Sequence record: PQ301181
Direction: 5' to 3' (one strand)
Source: Escherichia phage EP02SG
Length of the DNA: 64,000 bases
Part shown: positions 20,069-31,985 of the stretch, piece after piece
How positions within the stretch are numbered: position 1 is the first letter of the stretch
Layout: each line of letters starts with the position of its first letter
Program-made: the position numbers and the translations under genes
Notes under the pieces: model-generated
Database searches by the model: none
What the model saw: the letters and a program-made list of their open reading frames with translations, nothing else
Told to the model about the DNA's origin: nothing

Positions 20069-23000
20069 ATGGCCGACATCAAACGTAAGTTCAGAGCCGA
20101 AGACGGTCTGGACGCCGGTGGCGACAAGATTGTTAACGTAGCATTAGCCGACCGTACAGTAGGTACTGATGGCGTAAACGTTGACTTCCTGGTACAAGAA
20201 AACACCGTTCAAGTATATGATTCTACGCGTGGATATAACAAAGGATTTGTTGTTCTTTATGACAACCGTTTATATCAAGCAATAAATGATATCGTGTCTC
20301 CTTCCGGGGCATTTAACCTTTTACAATGGCGTGCAGTTCGTACCGATGCACAATGGATAACTGTCGCTTCTGGGACTTATCAACTTTCTTCAGGTGAATC
20401 GATTTCGGTTAACACTGGTGCTGGCAATGATATGGTTTTCACATTGCCAAATGCGCCGGTTGATGGTGATACTGTTGTTTTGGCTGATATTGGTGGAAGA
20501 ACCGGGACAGTTAAAGTACAGATTAACGCGTCTGTGCAGAGTATTTTAAACTTTAGAGGTGAACAAGTTCGTACAGTTTTAATGACGCGACCACGTTCAC
20601 AACTAGTGTTTGTGTTTAGTAATCGTTTGTGGCAGATGTATATCATTGATTACGGTAAAGAATCAATCACTGTTACACCTGCGACACCATACCAAGCACA
20701 AGCAAATGATTTTATCGTTCGTCGTTTTACTAGTGCAGCACCAATCAACATTACACTTCCACGTAATGCTAACAATGGTGATATAATCAGCCTAGTCGAT
20801 TTAGATAGATTAAACCCACTGTATCATACAATTGTTAAAACATTTGATGATACAACGTCTATTGGTGAAGTCGGGACTCATATTGCCGAAGGCAGAAATG
20901 ACTCTGACGCGTTTTTTGTTTTTGATGCTGCAAATAGTTTATGGCGTATATGGGAAGGCGACCAGAAATCGCGTCTTCGTATTATCCGGGCGGATTCAAA
21001 TATTCGTCCAAATGAAGAAGTTCTTATTTTTGGCACAAATAACGCTACAGCCGGAACTATTAATCTTACGCTGCCTACCGGAATTTTGAGTGGTGACACT
21101 GTTAAAATTTCAATGAACTACATGCGTAAAGGCCAAACAGTAAAAATTAAAGCTGCCGAAGGTGATACAATTGCTTCTTCTGTTGCGTTGCTTCAGTTCC
21201 CTAAACGTTCTGAATATCCACCTGATGCTCAATGGGTCTCTGTTACTGAACTAGAATTCAATGGCACTACTTCATATGTTCCTGTATTAGAATTAGCGTA
21301 TATCGAAGACACCGATTCTGACACTCATTATTGGGTTGTTCAACAGAATGTCCCTACGGTAGAACGTGTTGATGCTGGAACTGATGCTACACGAGCTCGT
21401 TTAGGTGTTATTGCTCTTGCTACTCAAGCGCAAGCAAATGTTGATTTAGAGAATACTCCGGCTAAAGAAGTTGCTATTACTCCTGAAACGTTGGCAAATC
21501 GTACAGCAACTGAAGCTCGACGTGGTATCGCTAAAATTGCTACAACAGCACAAGTTAACCAGAATTCCACAGCATCATTTGTGGACGATACTATTGTTAC
21601 GCCTAAAAAACTAAATGAGCGTACAGCAACTGAAACTCGTCGCGGTCTTGCTGAAATTGCTACTCAGACTGAAACCGATGCTGGTCTTGATGACACAACG
21701 ATTATTACGCCTAAGAAATTACAGGCACGTCAGGGTTCCGAAACACTATCGGGTATAGTTAAATATGTATCAACTACTTCTGCTACTCCTGCCGAAACTC
21801 GTGGGGCTGCAGGCACTAATGTTTATAATAAAACCGTAAATAATTTAACTATTTCTCCTAAAGCCCTTGACCAATATAAAGCAACTTACGCCCAACAAGG
21901 TGCAGTAATTTTAGCTATTGATAGTGAAGTAATTGCTGGACAATCCCAAGCAGGTTATTCTCACGCTGTAGTAACTCCTGAAACACTACATAAGAAAACT
22001 TCTACTGATGGACGTATTGGTTTAATTGAAATTGCTACGCAAGCAGAAACTAATGCTGGGACTGATTATACACGTGCAGTAACGCCTAAGACGTTAAATG
22101 ATAGGAGAGCGACGGAAGGATTATCCGGCATAGCTGAAATTGCTACGCAAGTTGAATTTGATACTGGAACTGATGATACTCGTATCTCGACTCCACTGAA
22201 AATTAAAACTCATTTTGATTCTTCTGACCGTACCAGTGTTAATTCTGATTCCGGACTTATTGAAGAAGGAACCTTGTGGAACCATTATACTCTTGATATT
22301 TCTAAAGCAAATGAAACACAACGTGGTACACTTCGCGTAGCGACCCAGGCAGAATCTAATGCAGGAACTTTAGATGATGTTCTTATTACTCCTAAAAAGC
22401 TTTTAGGGACTAAGTCCACTGAAACGTCTGAAGGTGTAATCAAGGTTGCATCCCAGTCTGAAACTGTGGCTGGAACGTCAGCGAACACTGCTGTATCTCC
22501 AAAAAATTTAAAATGGATTGTGCAGAGTGAACCGACATGGGCTGCTACTACAACAATTCGTGGATTTGTTAAAACTTCATCTGGTTCAATTACATTCGTT
22601 GGTAATGATACAGTCGGTTCTACACAAAACTTAGAGCTATATGAGAAAAATAGCTATGCAGTATCACCATATGAATTAAACCGTGTATTGGCAAATTACT
22701 TGCCATTAAAAGCAAAAGCTGCTGACGCAAATTTATTAGATGGCCTAGATTCATCTCAGTTCATTCGTAGGGACATTGCACAGACGGTTAATGGTTCACT
22801 AACCTTAACCCAACAAACGAATCTGAGTGCCCCTCTTGTATCATCTAGTACGGCTACGTTTGGTGGTTCGGTATCTGCTAATAGTACATTAACTATTTCT
22901 AATACAGGTGCTTCAACTCGCTTAATATTTGAAAAAGGTCCACAAACTGGAAACAACCCTGCTCAGGCGATGAATATCCGTGTATGGGGTAACCAATTCG

Positions 23001-23944
23001 CCGGCGGTTCTGATACATCTCGTGCTACGATATTTGAAGTTGGTGATGAAACATCTAACCACTTTTATTCACAACGGGATAACCTTGGTAATATTACTTT
23101 CAGCATCAACGGTACAGTTCGGCCGATTAATGTTAATGCATCCGGAACATTGAATGCTAATGGTGCGGCAACATTTGGACGTTCGGTGACAGCACAGGGT
23201 GAATTTATAACCTATAGTGCAAACGCATTCAGAGCAATAAGTGGTGATTACGGATTCTTTATTCGTAATGATGCTGCTAACACCTATTTTATGCTTACCG
23301 CATCAGGTGATCAGACTGGCGGATTTAATGGATTACGTCCTTTGGCTATTAATAATGCATCCGGCCAAGTAACTATTGGTGAAAGCTTAATCATTGCTAA
23401 AGGTGCAACTATTAACTCAGGTGGTTTAACGGTTAACTCGAGAATTCGTTCTCAGGGCACTAAAACCGCTGACCTATACACCCGTGCGCCAACATCTGAT
23501 ACTGTAGGATTCTGGTCAATCGATATTAATGATTCAGCCACTTATAACCAGTTCCCAGGTTATTTTAAAATGGTTGAAAAAACTAATGAGGTGACTGGAC
23601 TTCCATACTTAGAACGTGGTGAAGAAGTTAAATCTCCTGGTACATTGACTCAGTTTGGTAATACACTTGATTCGCTTTACCAAGATTGGATTACTTATCC
23701 AACAACTCCAGAAGCACGTACAACCCGTTGGACACGTACATGGCAGAAAACTAAAAATTCTTGGTCGAGTTTTGTTCAGGTATTTGATGGAGGTAACCCT
23801 CCTCAACCTTCTGATATCGGTGCTTTACCTTCTGATAATGCAACAATCGGAAACTTGACAATAAGGGATTTCTTAAGGATTGGCAATGTCCGCATTATTC
23901 CAGACCCTGTGAATAAAACTGTTAAATTTGAGTGGATTGAATAA
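20069..23944 (+). CDS. 34: long tail fiber proximal subunit gp34
   Basis: 1291 aa (T4 1289); N-terminus MA.IKRKFRAEDGLDAGGDKIVNVALADRT; late promoter upstream. Confidence 0.95.
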   Translation: MADIKRKFRAEDGLDAGGDKIVNVALADRTVGTDGVNVDFLVQENTVQVYDSTRGYNKGFVVLYDNRLYQAINDIVSPSGAFNLLQWRAVRTDAQWITVASGTYQLSSGESISVNTGAGNDMVFTLPNAPVDGDTVVLADIGGRTGTVKVQINASVQSILNFRGEQVRTVLMTRPRSQLVFVFSNRLWQMYIIDYGKESITVTPATPYQAQANDFIVRRFTSAAPINITLPRNANNGDIISLVDLDRLNPLYHTIVKTFDDTTSIGEVGTHIAEGRNDSDAFFVFDAANSLWRIWEGDQKSRLRIIRADSNIRPNEEVLIFGTNNATAGTINLTLPTGILSGDTVKISMNYMRKGQTVKIKAAEGDTIASSVALLQFPKRSEYPPDAQWVSVTELEFNGTTSYVPVLELAYIEDTDSDTHYWVVQQNVPTVERVDAGTDATRARLGVIALATQAQANVDLENTPAKEVAITPETLANRTATEARRGIAKIATTAQVNQNSTASFVDDTIVTPKKLNERTATETRRGLAEIATQTETDAGLDDTTIITPKKLQARQGSETLSGIVKYVSTTSATPAETRGAAGTNVYNKTVNNLTISPKALDQYKATYAQQGAVILAIDSEVIAGQSQAGYSHAVVTPETLHKKTSTDGRIGLIEIATQAETNAGTDYTRAVTPKTLNDRRATEGLSGIAEIATQVEFDTGTDDTRISTPLKIKTHFDSSDRTSVNSDSGLIEEGTLWNHYTLDISKANETQRGTLRVATQAESNAGTLDDVLITPKKLLGTKSTETSEGVIKVASQSETVAGTSANTAVSPKNLKWIVQSEPTWAATTTIRGFVKTSSGSITFVGNDTVGSTQNLELYEKNSYAVSPYELNRVLANYLPLKAKAADANLLDGLDSSQFIRRDIAQTVNGSLTLTQQTNLSAPLVSSSTATFGGSVSANSTLTISNTGASTRLIFEKGPQTGNNPAQAMNIRVWGNQFAGGSDTSRATIFEVGDETSNHFYSQRDNLGNITFSINGTVRPINVNASGTLNANGAATFGRSVTAQGEFITYSANAFRAISGDYGFFIRNDAANTYFMLTASGDQTGGFNGLRPLAINNASGQVTIGESLIIAKGATINSGGLTVNSRIRSQGTKTADLYTRAPTSDTVGFWSIDINDSATYNQFPGYFKMVEKTNEVTGLPYLERGEEVKSPGTLTQFGNTLDSLYQDWITYPTTPEARTTRWTRTWQKTKNSWSSFVQVFDGGNPPQPSDIGALPSDNATIGNLTIRDFLRIGNVRIIPDPVNKTVKFEWIE

Positions 23945-23952
23945 GAGGTATT

Positions 23953-25080
23953 ATGGAAAAATTTATGGCTAAGTTTGGACAAGGATACGTCCAAACGCCA
24001 TTTTTATCGGAAAGCAATTCAGTACGATTTAAATTAAGCATAGCGGGTTCTTGCCCGCTATCAACATCTCCTGCTTATATTAAGTTCCAAGATAATCCAC
24101 TTGGGTCCCAGGTTTTTTCCGTTGGATTAAACGTTCGTGTAATAAATCCTACAACAGGTGCAGTAGTTGAATCTAAGTCATATAATTTCTCTACTGAAAA
24201 CGACGCCACGTCGAGCGCATTCGTTACTTACATGGACACATACGCTTCTAATTTTATATTTGCTCTTGTTACTAACGCTAAAACAAACTTTCCTCCTGAA
24301 GTTCTCGCATGGTTTACTAAAGCTGGAAGTTCTGTTATTCCATTAGCTCAACAAGTTTTAAATATAGTGGACATTTCTTATTCTGCATTTTATATTTCTG
24401 GTAAGAATGCTATAGCACTAGAACATATTAAGTATAGTAATAAGAAAACTTCAACCGACTATAGTACACCACTTGATGTTGTGTACGACACGATCAATGA
24501 TATTGGTGCTACCGGCTTCCCTAGTCGTACGTACGAATCATCAGGCACATTTTTATCTGCTGTTGGAGGTACTAATAATGAAATTAAAAGGATGCCTACA
24601 ACGTCCCTTATTACACCTCTCGCTGGGTATAAATTGAAGCCTGGAGATTTCCTTTATATGAAATTCCAACTAATGGCTGATGCTGATTTGTTAGCACAAG
24701 GGACGACACGACTTTCTATTCGTTTCTTTAAATCTCCTTCTACTTCACCTATTTCATTTAAGGATATAAACTTTGATGGGAGCGCAGGTGAATGGAAGAT
24801 ATATGAAGACTATATAGAAATTCCTGCTGGTGCTGACGGATTCACGATTTATTGTTATCGTACAGCTCCAGCCGGGCAAGGTGGATTAAGAAACGTTATA
24901 TTCACTGAAGTATCATGTAATGGAAGCGTTTCAAAACCTGCTGAGTTCGGTATAAATGGTATTCGTGTAAATTATGTTTCAGAATCTTTAAGTGCCCCAG
25001 ACATAATGACATTACCTACTCAATCTTCAACTGATACTGGTAAGGTATTTGGACAAGAATTTAAAGAAGCATCAGAATAA
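23953..25080 (+). CDS. 35: long tail fiber hinge connector gp35
   Basis: 375 aa (T4 372), T4 order. Confidence 0.85.
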   Translation: MEKFMAKFGQGYVQTPFLSESNSVRFKLSIAGSCPLSTSPAYIKFQDNPLGSQVFSVGLNVRVINPTTGAVVESKSYNFSTENDATSSAFVTYMDTYASNFIFALVTNAKTNFPPEVLAWFTKAGSSVIPLAQQVLNIVDISYSAFYISGKNAIALEHIKYSNKKTSTDYSTPLDVVYDTINDIGATGFPSRTYESSGTFLSAVGGTNNEIKRMPTTSLITPLAGYKLKPGDFLYMKFQLMADADLLAQGTTRLSIRFFKSPSTSPISFKDINFDGSAGEWKIYEDYIEIPAGADGFTIYCYRTAPAGQGGLRNVIFTEVSCNGSVSKPAEFGINGIRVNYVSESLSAPDIMTLPTQSSTDTGKVFGQEFKEASE

Positions 25081-25085
25081 ATTTA

Positions 25086-25109
25086 GGGAGACTTCGGTCT
25101 CCCATTTTT
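25086..25109 (+). terminator. rho-independent terminator after gene 35
   Basis: gggagacttcggtctccc followed by T-run. Confidence 0.65.
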
Positions 25110-25110
25110 G

Positions 25111-25118
25111 TATAAATA
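25111..25118 (+). promoter_or_regulatory. late promoter TATAAATA for gene 36
   Basis: Exact TATAAATA followed by AAGGAGA SD and ATG at 25143. Confidence 0.6.
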
Positions 25119-25142
25119 TGGTATACATATAAGGAGACAACT

Positions 25143-25808
25143 ATGGCCGATTTAAAAGCTGGTAGTACAACTGGTGGTGCCGTTATATGGCACCAAGGTA
25201 ATTTCCCTTTAATGCCAGCAGGTGATGACGTCCTGTATAAAACGTTTAAACTCTATTCAGAATATAATAAACCACAAGCGGCTGATAACGATTTCGTTTC
25301 TAAAGCTAATGGTGGTACTTACGCTTCAAAGGTAACATTTAACAGTGGCGTGCAAATACCATATGCTATAAACAATACAAACCAAAGCGGTATTTTTCCT
25401 GGTAACGGTGATGCAGCTACTTTTGTTACAGCAAATATTGATATTGTTTCATGGTACGGTATTGGTTTTAAATCATCACAAGGAACAGCTGGTAGAACTG
25501 TAGTAATCAATACACGTAATGGTGATATTAATACAAAAGGCGTTGTGTCGGCAGCTGGTCAAGTAAGAAGCGATATGACTGCTCCGGTTGCAGCAAATGA
25601 TCTCACAAGAAAAGATTATGTTGATGGAAGAATAAATATTGTTACGGATAACGCAAATTCCCGTGTATTGCGTAAAGGCGATACCATGACTGGTACTTTA
25701 ACAGCACCAAACTTTTTCTCACAGAATCCGGCGTCTGAGGCTAATCATGTTCCTCGTTTCGACCAGATTGTAATTAAAGATTCTGTTCAAGATTTCGGCT
25801 ATTATTAA
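25143..25808 (+). CDS. 36: long tail fiber distal connector gp36
   Basis: 221 aa (T4 221), late promoter and SD upstream. Confidence 0.85.
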   Translation: MADLKAGSTTGGAVIWHQGNFPLMPAGDDVLYKTFKLYSEYNKPQAADNDFVSKANGGTYASKVTFNSGVQIPYAINNTNQSGIFPGNGDAATFVTANIDIVSWYGIGFKSSQGTAGRTVVINTRNGDINTKGVVSAAGQVRSDMTAPVAANDLTRKDYVDGRINIVTDNANSRVLRKGDTMTGTLTAPNFFSQNPASEANHVPRFDQIVIKDSVQDFGYY

Positions 25809-25816
25809 GAGGACTT

Positions 25817-28800
25817 ATGGCTACATTAAAACAGATACAATTTAAAAGAAGCAAAGTAGCAGGAGTTAATCCTACTGCAGCACAATTAGCCGAAGGCGAA
25901 TTAGCGATAAACTTAAAAGATCGAACTCTTTTTACTAAAGATGACCTCGGTAATATTATTAGCCTAGGCTTTGCTAAGGGTGGGGATATTAATGGTAATG
26001 TAACTCAAAATGGTGATTATTTACAAAACGGCACATATAATCTTAATGGAAATCAGTTTGTTTATGCAGGAAAGTATATTGAATTCTTGCCAAAAACTGC
26101 TGGAAATGGCGCTTGGGCAAATCAACATCTGAATAAAGCCCCTATCTTTACAGATTTAAGTTCAACTACTTCTGTTTCAGAATATCATCCGCTGATTAAA
26201 CAACGCTATAAAGATGGAACTTTTTCTGTTGGTACGTTAGTAAACGAAGGAAGTTTTAAAATTCATTTTATGAATGAATCTGGTGATTCGAAATATTGGA
26301 CGTTTCGACGCGACGGTGGATTTACTGTTGACGGTGGAGGTTTAGCAGTATCAGGAGGTAGTATAACTACATCTGGAAATATTGCAGCTCTCGGAAATAT
26401 TACTTCACCTCAGATTAATACTAAAAATATTATTTTAGATACAAAGGCATTCGGACAATATGATTCACAATCACTAGTTAACTATACTTACCCTGGAACA
26501 GGCGAAGAAAATGGTATAAACTATCTTCGTAAAGTTCGCGCTAAGTCTGGTGGTACAATGTATCATGAAATTTGTACATCCCAAACAGGTCAGGCTGATG
26601 AAGTTTCTTGGTGGACCGGTAATACACCATTATTTAAACTATATGGTATTCGTAATGACGGCCGAATGATCGTCCGCAATAGCGTAGCCATCGGGACCGT
26701 GACTGCAGGATACCCGTCAAGCGACTACGGTAACGGTGCCGCTTTAGGATTTGGTGTTTATTTAGCTTTAGGCGATAACGGGACGGGGCTGTCATACAAA
26801 AAAACCGGTGTTTATGATTTAGTTGGTTCAGGGAATTCTGTTGCTTCTATTACTCCTGATAGTTTCCGTAGTACTCGTAAAGGTATATTTGGTCGTTCAG
26901 AAGACCAAGGCACCACATGGATTATGCCTGGCACTAATGCCGCTTTCTTGTCTGTTCAAACACAAGCTGATACGAACGCTGCAGGCGATGGTCAAACTCA
27001 TATTGGATACAATGCTGGCGGTAAAATGAGTCATTATTTCCGCGGTAAAGGCAAAACTAATATTAATACTCAGGAAGGTGTAGACGTTAACCCTGGTATA
27101 TTGAAGTTAACCACCGGCGGTGAAAGTATTAGCTTTAATGCCGCAACTGGAAGTATTAATTCTACATTAGCTTTTCGTCTTAATAAAGGCATAATTATTG
27201 ATGGACCTGATAATCAGGGATTCCAGTTTAACGCCCCGACGGCTGCAGATGGTACTAGAAGTATATACTGGAATAGTGGTACTCTCGCAGGCCAAAACAA
27301 AAACCCTGTTACAGTTAAAGTGTGGGGTAATTCATTTAACGCATCTGGTGATCGTAATCGTGAAACCGTTTTTGAAGTAGCTGATGGGCAAGGTTATTAT
27401 TTTTACGCTCAACGTACTAATCCTGCATCAGGTCAAACAGTAGGTCCGGTTAACTTTAAATTTAACGGAACTGTCGAAACAGGCCATATCGTAGGCCTTG
27501 GTAATATAAGTGCCTCCGGTACAGGTTCTTTTGGTGGTAATGTTACCATGACTAATGGCCTGTTTGTCCAAGGTGGTTCTTCTATTACCGGACAAGTTAA
27601 AATCGGCGGAACAGCCGATGCATTAAGAATTTGGAATGCCGAATATGGTGCTATTTTCCGCCGTTCAGAAGCATCTTTGTATATTATCCCTACTCCTAAA
27701 GATGCTGGAGAATCGGGCGGTATAAGTAATCTTAGACCATTGATAATAGAACTGAACACTGGTACAGTTAAAATGTCGCATGATGTTCATTTAGGAGATT
27801 CTGGATCTGGTACAGGATTATTACAAGTAAGTAATAGTCTTAAAACTATTAAAATGATATGTCCAGTAACTATTAATGAACGTAATGCAGCGCTTACTCT
27901 AGATTCTCCTTCATCTTCTTCTGCTAATTATTTACAGGGTTCTAAAGCTGGAATTAAATCGTGGTATGTTGGTCTTGGTGGCGCTGGAAGTGATTTATCG
28001 CTTTATAGTCAATCTTATGGACATGGTCTTGTTATAAGCGATAATTTCGTGTCAATCAGTAAACCTCTTAAAGTTGGAGATGCACAACTAGGAACTGATG
28101 GTAATATTACTGGCGGTTCTGGCAATTTTGCTAACTTGAATACCACAATAAATAACCTTAAGACGGATATTGTCTCAAGTTATCCAATTGGTGCTCCGAT
28201 TCCTTGGCCTACTGATACACCTCCTGAAGGTTATGCCATAATGGAAGGTCAAACATTTGATGCTGGCTTGTATCCTAAGTTAGCTGCTGTGTATCCTTCC
28301 GGCTCTCTGCCTGATATGCGTGGTCAAACTATCAAGGGTAAACCATCCGGGCGTGCTGTATTAAGTACAGAAGCAGACGGTGTTAAGTCACATAGCCATA
28401 GTGCAAGTGCATCAAACACAGATTTGGGTACTAAGACCACTTCTAGTTTTGATTACGGCAGCAAAACGACTTCAAGCTTTGATTATGGTACTAAGACCAG
28501 TAATACCACTGGCAACCATAACCATACAGTGAGTGGTAATACTGGTTCCGCTGGTGCTCACCAACATGCGCGTTCAGGCCCTCAGATGCAAGGCGGCATA
28601 CCCACTAGCATATTCTATGATGGATACAATAGTGCTGGTCCAAATGGCAACGCTAAAATCACTGCAACCGTGAGCGGTGCTACTGCATCGTCGAATATGG
28701 CCAAAACTTCTTCAGACGGTGCCCACACCCATAGTTGGTCAGGAACTACTAGCTCTACGGGTAACCATGCTCATACTGTGGGTATTGGTGCTCATACCCA

Positions 28801-28936
28801 TTCGGTAGGTATTGGTGCTCATTCTCATACTGTTGCAATTGGTTCCCATGGACATACAATAACTGTAAATGCCACAGGAAATACAGAAAACACAGTTAAA
28901 AACGTTGCTTTTAACTATATCGTTCGTTTAGCATAA
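25817..28936 (+). CDS. 37: long tail fiber distal subunit gp37 (receptor-binding tip)
   Basis: 1039 aa; C-terminal His-X-His repeat region typical of T4-type gp37 needle. Confidence 0.95.
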   Translation: MATLKQIQFKRSKVAGVNPTAAQLAEGELAINLKDRTLFTKDDLGNIISLGFAKGGDINGNVTQNGDYLQNGTYNLNGNQFVYAGKYIEFLPKTAGNGAWANQHLNKAPIFTDLSSTTSVSEYHPLIKQRYKDGTFSVGTLVNEGSFKIHFMNESGDSKYWTFRRDGGFTVDGGGLAVSGGSITTSGNIAALGNITSPQINTKNIILDTKAFGQYDSQSLVNYTYPGTGEENGINYLRKVRAKSGGTMYHEICTSQTGQADEVSWWTGNTPLFKLYGIRNDGRMIVRNSVAIGTVTAGYPSSDYGNGAALGFGVYLALGDNGTGLSYKKTGVYDLVGSGNSVASITPDSFRSTRKGIFGRSEDQGTTWIMPGTNAAFLSVQTQADTNAAGDGQTHIGYNAGGKMSHYFRGKGKTNINTQEGVDVNPGILKLTTGGESISFNAATGSINSTLAFRLNKGIIIDGPDNQGFQFNAPTAADGTRSIYWNSGTLAGQNKNPVTVKVWGNSFNASGDRNRETVFEVADGQGYYFYAQRTNPASGQTVGPVNFKFNGTVETGHIVGLGNISASGTGSFGGNVTMTNGLFVQGGSSITGQVKIGGTADALRIWNAEYGAIFRRSEASLYIIPTPKDAGESGGISNLRPLIIELNTGTVKMSHDVHLGDSGSGTGLLQVSNSLKTIKMICPVTINERNAALTLDSPSSSSANYLQGSKAGIKSWYVGLGGAGSDLSLYSQSYGHGLVISDNFVSISKPLKVGDAQLGTDGNITGGSGNFANLNTTINNLKTDIVSSYPIGAPIPWPTDTPPEGYAIMEGQTFDAGLYPKLAAVYPSGSLPDMRGQTIKGKPSGRAVLSTEADGVKSHSHSASASNTDLGTKTTSSFDYGSKTTSSFDYGTKTSNTTGNHNHTVSGNTGSAGAHQHARSGPQMQGGIPTSIFYDGYNSAGPNGNAKITATVSGATASSNMAKTSSDGAHTHSWSGTTSSTGNHAHTVGIGAHTHSVGIGAHSHTVAIGSHGHTITVNATGNTENTVKNVAFNYIVRLA

Positions 28937-28941
28937 GGAGA

Positions 28942-28961
28942 AGGGACTTCTGTCCCTTTTT
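28942..28961 (+). terminator. rho-independent terminator after gene 37
   Basis: agggacttctgtccct followed by ttttt. Confidence 0.6.
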
Positions 28962-28966
28962 ATAAT

Positions 28967-29518
28967 ATGAAACTCTATCACTATTATTTTGACACTAAAG
29001 AATTTTACAAAGAAGAAAATTATAAACCATTAAAAGGCGTAGGATTTCCAGCTCATTCGACACCAAAAAAACCTTTAGACCCTAAAGAAGGCTATGCTGT
29101 TATATTTGACGAACGCGAACAAGAATGGGTTTATGTTGAAGACCATCGTGGAAAAACAGTATGGACATATGATAAGCAAAAAATTGTTATTGACACTCCA
29201 GGTGCTCTTCAAAATGTTACTACAGAAGAACCTGGTGAATTTGACATTTGGACCGGCGCCGGATGGAAGGAAGATGAAGCATATAAACGCGTAGTTCAAC
29301 GTGATAAGAAAATTCATGAACTCTATAAATTATTCAGTGTTTTAAGTTCTCTTATTGACGCAGAGGTTGCTAATAGAGAAGAAAAACGAAAATTTAAAGA
29401 GCTCAAAAAATTCTTTGCCCTTTTAGAAAAACATGAACATCTTGGCGGCGAATTCCCTAAATTCCCTGACCTTGAAAACAAATCTATTTTCAAAGCGATT
29501 ATAAATATCTTTAAGTAA
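28967..29518 (+). CDS. 38: tail fiber assembly chaperone gp38 (T4-type)
   Basis: 183 aa, same as T4 gp38; position between 37 and t. Confidence 0.8.
   Translation: MKLYHYYFDTKEFYKEENYKPLKGVGFPAHSTPKKPLDPKEGYAVIFDEREQEWVYVEDHRGKTVWTYDKQKIVIDTPGALQNVTTEEPGEFDIWTGAGWKEDEAYKRVVQRDKKIHELYKLFSVLSSLIDAEVANREEKRKFKELKKFFALLEKHEHLGGEFPKFPDLENKSIFKAIINIFK
29500..29507 (+). promoter_or_regulatory. late promoter TATAAATA for holin t
   Basis: Exact TATAAATA inside 3' end of gene 38, 20 nt upstream of t start. Confidence 0.55.
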
Positions 29519-29527
29519 GGAGGTATT

Positions 29528-30187
29528 ATGGCAACACCAAAAGTATCATTTTCGCCTAGTGATATTCTATTTGGGCTGCTAGATCGTATTTTCAAAGATA
29601 ACGCTACTGGAAAGGTTTTAATGTCCCGAGTAGCGGTAATTATTCTTTTGTTCCTAATGGCACTAATATGGTACAAAGGAAGTATTTTGCTGGATTATTA
29701 TGTAAGAGCTAAGTATGATACTTATACCGAAATAATCCAAAAAGAACGAGCTTTACGTTTTGAATCTGCGGCTCTAGAACAACTGCAAATAGTTCATATC
29801 TCATCTGGTGCAGATTTTAGTGCTGTGTATTCTTTCAGACCTAAAAACTTAAATTATTTCGTCGACCTTATAGCTTATGAAGGCAAACTACCTAGCACAA
29901 TTTCTGAAAAGTCCCTTGGCGGATTCCCAGTGGATAAAACGGCCAATGAATATATAATTCATTTAAGTGGCCGTCATTTCTCATCTAAATCAGAATTTGC
30001 ATTTTTGCCTACAAAATCTAAGACTGCCGAACTTTCTTATATGTATAGTTGTCCATACTTTAATTTGGATAACATCTATGCTGGAACTGTGACGATGTAT
30101 TGGTATAAGGGGAATAATATACTTGAGGAGGATCGCTTAGCGGCTATATGCAACCAAGCGGTCCGAATACTAGGAAGGGCTAAATAA
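29528..30187 (+). CDS. t: holin T
   Basis: 219 aa; near-identical to recalled T4 T holin (M..P..SFSPSDILFG.LDR.FKDNATGKVL); late promoter 29500-29507. Confidence 0.95.
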   Translation: MATPKVSFSPSDILFGLLDRIFKDNATGKVLMSRVAVIILLFLMALIWYKGSILLDYYVRAKYDTYTEIIQKERALRFESAALEQLQIVHISSGADFSAVYSFRPKNLNYFVDLIAYEGKLPSTISEKSLGGFPVDKTANEYIIHLSGRHFSSKSEFAFLPTKSKTAELSYMYSCPYFNLDNIYAGTVTMYWYKGNNILEEDRLAAICNQAVRILGRAK

Positions 30188-30460
30188 TTAGTTGTTAGAA
30201 TACATCGCTAAATGACGATAAATATTTTCAAAACCTTCATTGAATTCACTAATCAGTGTTTTCTTTTCTTCGGCAGTTAAATTTGTAATTAGTTTTCTGA
30301 ACGAATTCTGATTTAGCTGCCGACCATCTTTTTTAATTCCAATCTCATTCAAGAAACCGATGAAACTTGCTCGGTCTTCAACAATATCTTCCCTAGAGAA
30401 TTTAATCAAAATAGAAGCAATAGTAATAATTTCACGTACGATTTCAATGTCTTTATTCAT
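30188..30460 (-). CDS. asiA: anti-sigma70 factor AsiA
   Basis: 90 aa, near-identical to recalled T4 AsiA. Confidence 0.95.
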   Translation of the reverse strand: MNKDIEIVREIITIASILIKFSREDIVEDRASFIGFLNEIGIKKDGRQLNQNSFRKLITNLTAEEKKTLISEFNEGFENIYRHLAMYSNN

Positions 30461-30506
30461 AACGTTTTATTCATTCCACTTAATTGATAAGAGTATAGTA
30501 CCATTA

Positions 30507-30668
30507 TCAGTGTTGATTGTAAACGGCTTTTTCTACGCTTTTAACGTAATTGGTATAGTCTTCCTGTTCGTACGAGTGTAAGGCCAAGAACGGAACTAAT
30601 AGTTCATTATAGACTAAAGCCTCACGCTCACGTTCGGCCTCTACTACGTTCTGAAGATTATGACTCAT
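30507..30668 (-). CDS. hypothetical small protein (53 aa from internal ATG)
   Basis: Track ORF 30507..30722; start moved to ATG 30666-30668 preceded by AAGGAA. Confidence 0.4.
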   Translation of the reverse strand: MSHNLQNVVEAEREREALVYNELLVPFLALHSYEQEDYTNYVKSVEKAVYNQH

Positions 30669-30957
30669 ATCGTTCCTTATAACTATCAATATAGTCCTGT
30701 ATGTCGAAGAACGACATTTCATATTCTAGGACATTAAGAGCCCGTTCTTCAGTATAGTCAGAACCAAAGACGATAGTGATTTCACCAGGCTTCATGTGAT
30801 TGAAATCAACACTAAAAGGAATACGAGAACATACTTCGTCTGCCATATCTGCAACAACACTACGATACACTTCTCGGTTAACCTGATAAAGCTCTTCAAG
30901 TTCTTCGCATCGAATAACAAGTTCAGTGGCAGGATTTTCTTTGATTTTAGTAAGCAT
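30658..30957 (-). CDS. acidic small protein, possible Arn-like anti-restriction protein
   Basis: Track ORF 30658..31044 trimmed to internal ATG; about 99 aa, acidic; lies where T4 has arn (between asiA and motA). Confidence 0.35.
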   Translation of the reverse strand: MLTKIKENPATELVIRCEELEELYQVNREVYRSVVADMADEVCSRIPFSVDFNHMKPGEITIVFGSDYTEERALNVLEYEMSFFDIQDYIDSYKERYES

Positions 30958-31040
30958 AGTCTTTACCCTTATGTTTTTGTTTACGTTTAGATTGAAGTTC
31001 TGATTTCTTCTTGTCCTTATGGACGGAAGCCTTATTGAAA

Positions 31041-31259
31041 TCATGTTTTGCTACAAAATTGTTCATAATGCTTTATAACCTCGTTTAAACATTTGTCTGT
31101 GAAAGAAAACTTTTTAGCCACAGAACATTCGATAATGTGCTCTTTCAAATCTTTAGAGTCAGTATAACCCATCTCAGTAATAAAGTGGCGAATTAAAGCT
31201 TTATTCTTATCATTAACAGAATTAAAATAATCTGCTTTAGAATCAATTATTCTCATCAT
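31041..31259 (-). CDS. hypothetical protein (72 aa)
   Basis: ORF track. Confidence 0.5.
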   Translation of the reverse strand: MMRIIDSKADYFNSVNDKNKALIRHFITEMGYTDSKDLKEHIIECSVAKKFSFTDKCLNEVIKHYEQFCSKT

Positions 31260-31524
31260 CTAATTTCCTTAATTGATATTGCAACGAGCCAATAATTTCT
31301 TCGTTCATTTTAATATACATGTCGCGCAAGAAAGGTTTTAACCCATCACGAATAATTGCTAATGTATCACCTTTACATAAATTAACCAAATAAGGATGGT
31401 CTAAAGCATCCCAACCAGGCTGATTAGCATACATACCATAATTTTCTTCCATCATAACATTCAGGCGTTTGATATGATTAATGTTGGCTTCAATAGCATC
31501 AATCTGGAGTTGTTTAAGATTCAT
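31243..31524 (-). CDS. hypothetical protein (93 aa)
   Basis: ORF track. Confidence 0.5.
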   Translation of the reverse strand: MNLKQLQIDAIEANINHIKRLNVMMEENYGMYANQPGWDALDHPYLVNLCKGDTLAIIRDGLKPFLRDMYIKMNEEIIGSLQYQLRKLDDENN

Positions 31525-31985
31525 TAGTAAAGGTCCTCAGAGTAAAGTTCTTTTTCATTACCACCACGTTCAATACGTACTTGTCCAGCGTAAGTTGCAA
31601 TAATCATTGCTTCTTCACGTGTCCAATAATTACTATATTGGTCAATAAACCCTTGGTCATCATCACAAACTTGTTGAGTAACTAATTGAGGTTTAACTAC
31701 ATCTAAAACTTCTGCCATATCTTTAGAATAATGACGAGCACCTGGAATAATAAGAGTTCGTCCATCTTTTAATTTAAAACGGTTGGCTGCGCAGACAATT
31801 CGTCGTTGATACTTTTGGTTTTCATCCCAATACAGAGTCTGCCAACAGATTTCAGGAACTTCATCTAAAACATTTTGTTCTGTATATTCACCGCCGTAAG
31901 AAGCTAATTTAGCAGCCAGACTTTCCGGAGTCTCACGCGACAAAGCTTTATCTAACAGAGCTAAACGTTCTTTAAAAGTTTTCAT
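31524..31985 (-). CDS. hypothetical protein (153 aa)
   Basis: ORF track. Confidence 0.5.
   Translation of the reverse strand: MKTFKERLALLDKALSRETPESLAAKLASYGGEYTEQNVLDEVPEICWQTLYWDENQKYQRRIVCAANRFKLKDGRTLIIPGARHYSKDMAEVLDVVKPQLVTQQVCDDDQGFIDQYSNYWTREEAMIIATYAGQVRIERGGNEKELYSEDLY

Noticed and set aside
20380-23994. Minus-strand ORF-track entries inside the plus-strand tail fiber genes 34-37
   Set aside because: Antisense to long, clearly coding late genes; shadow ORFs.
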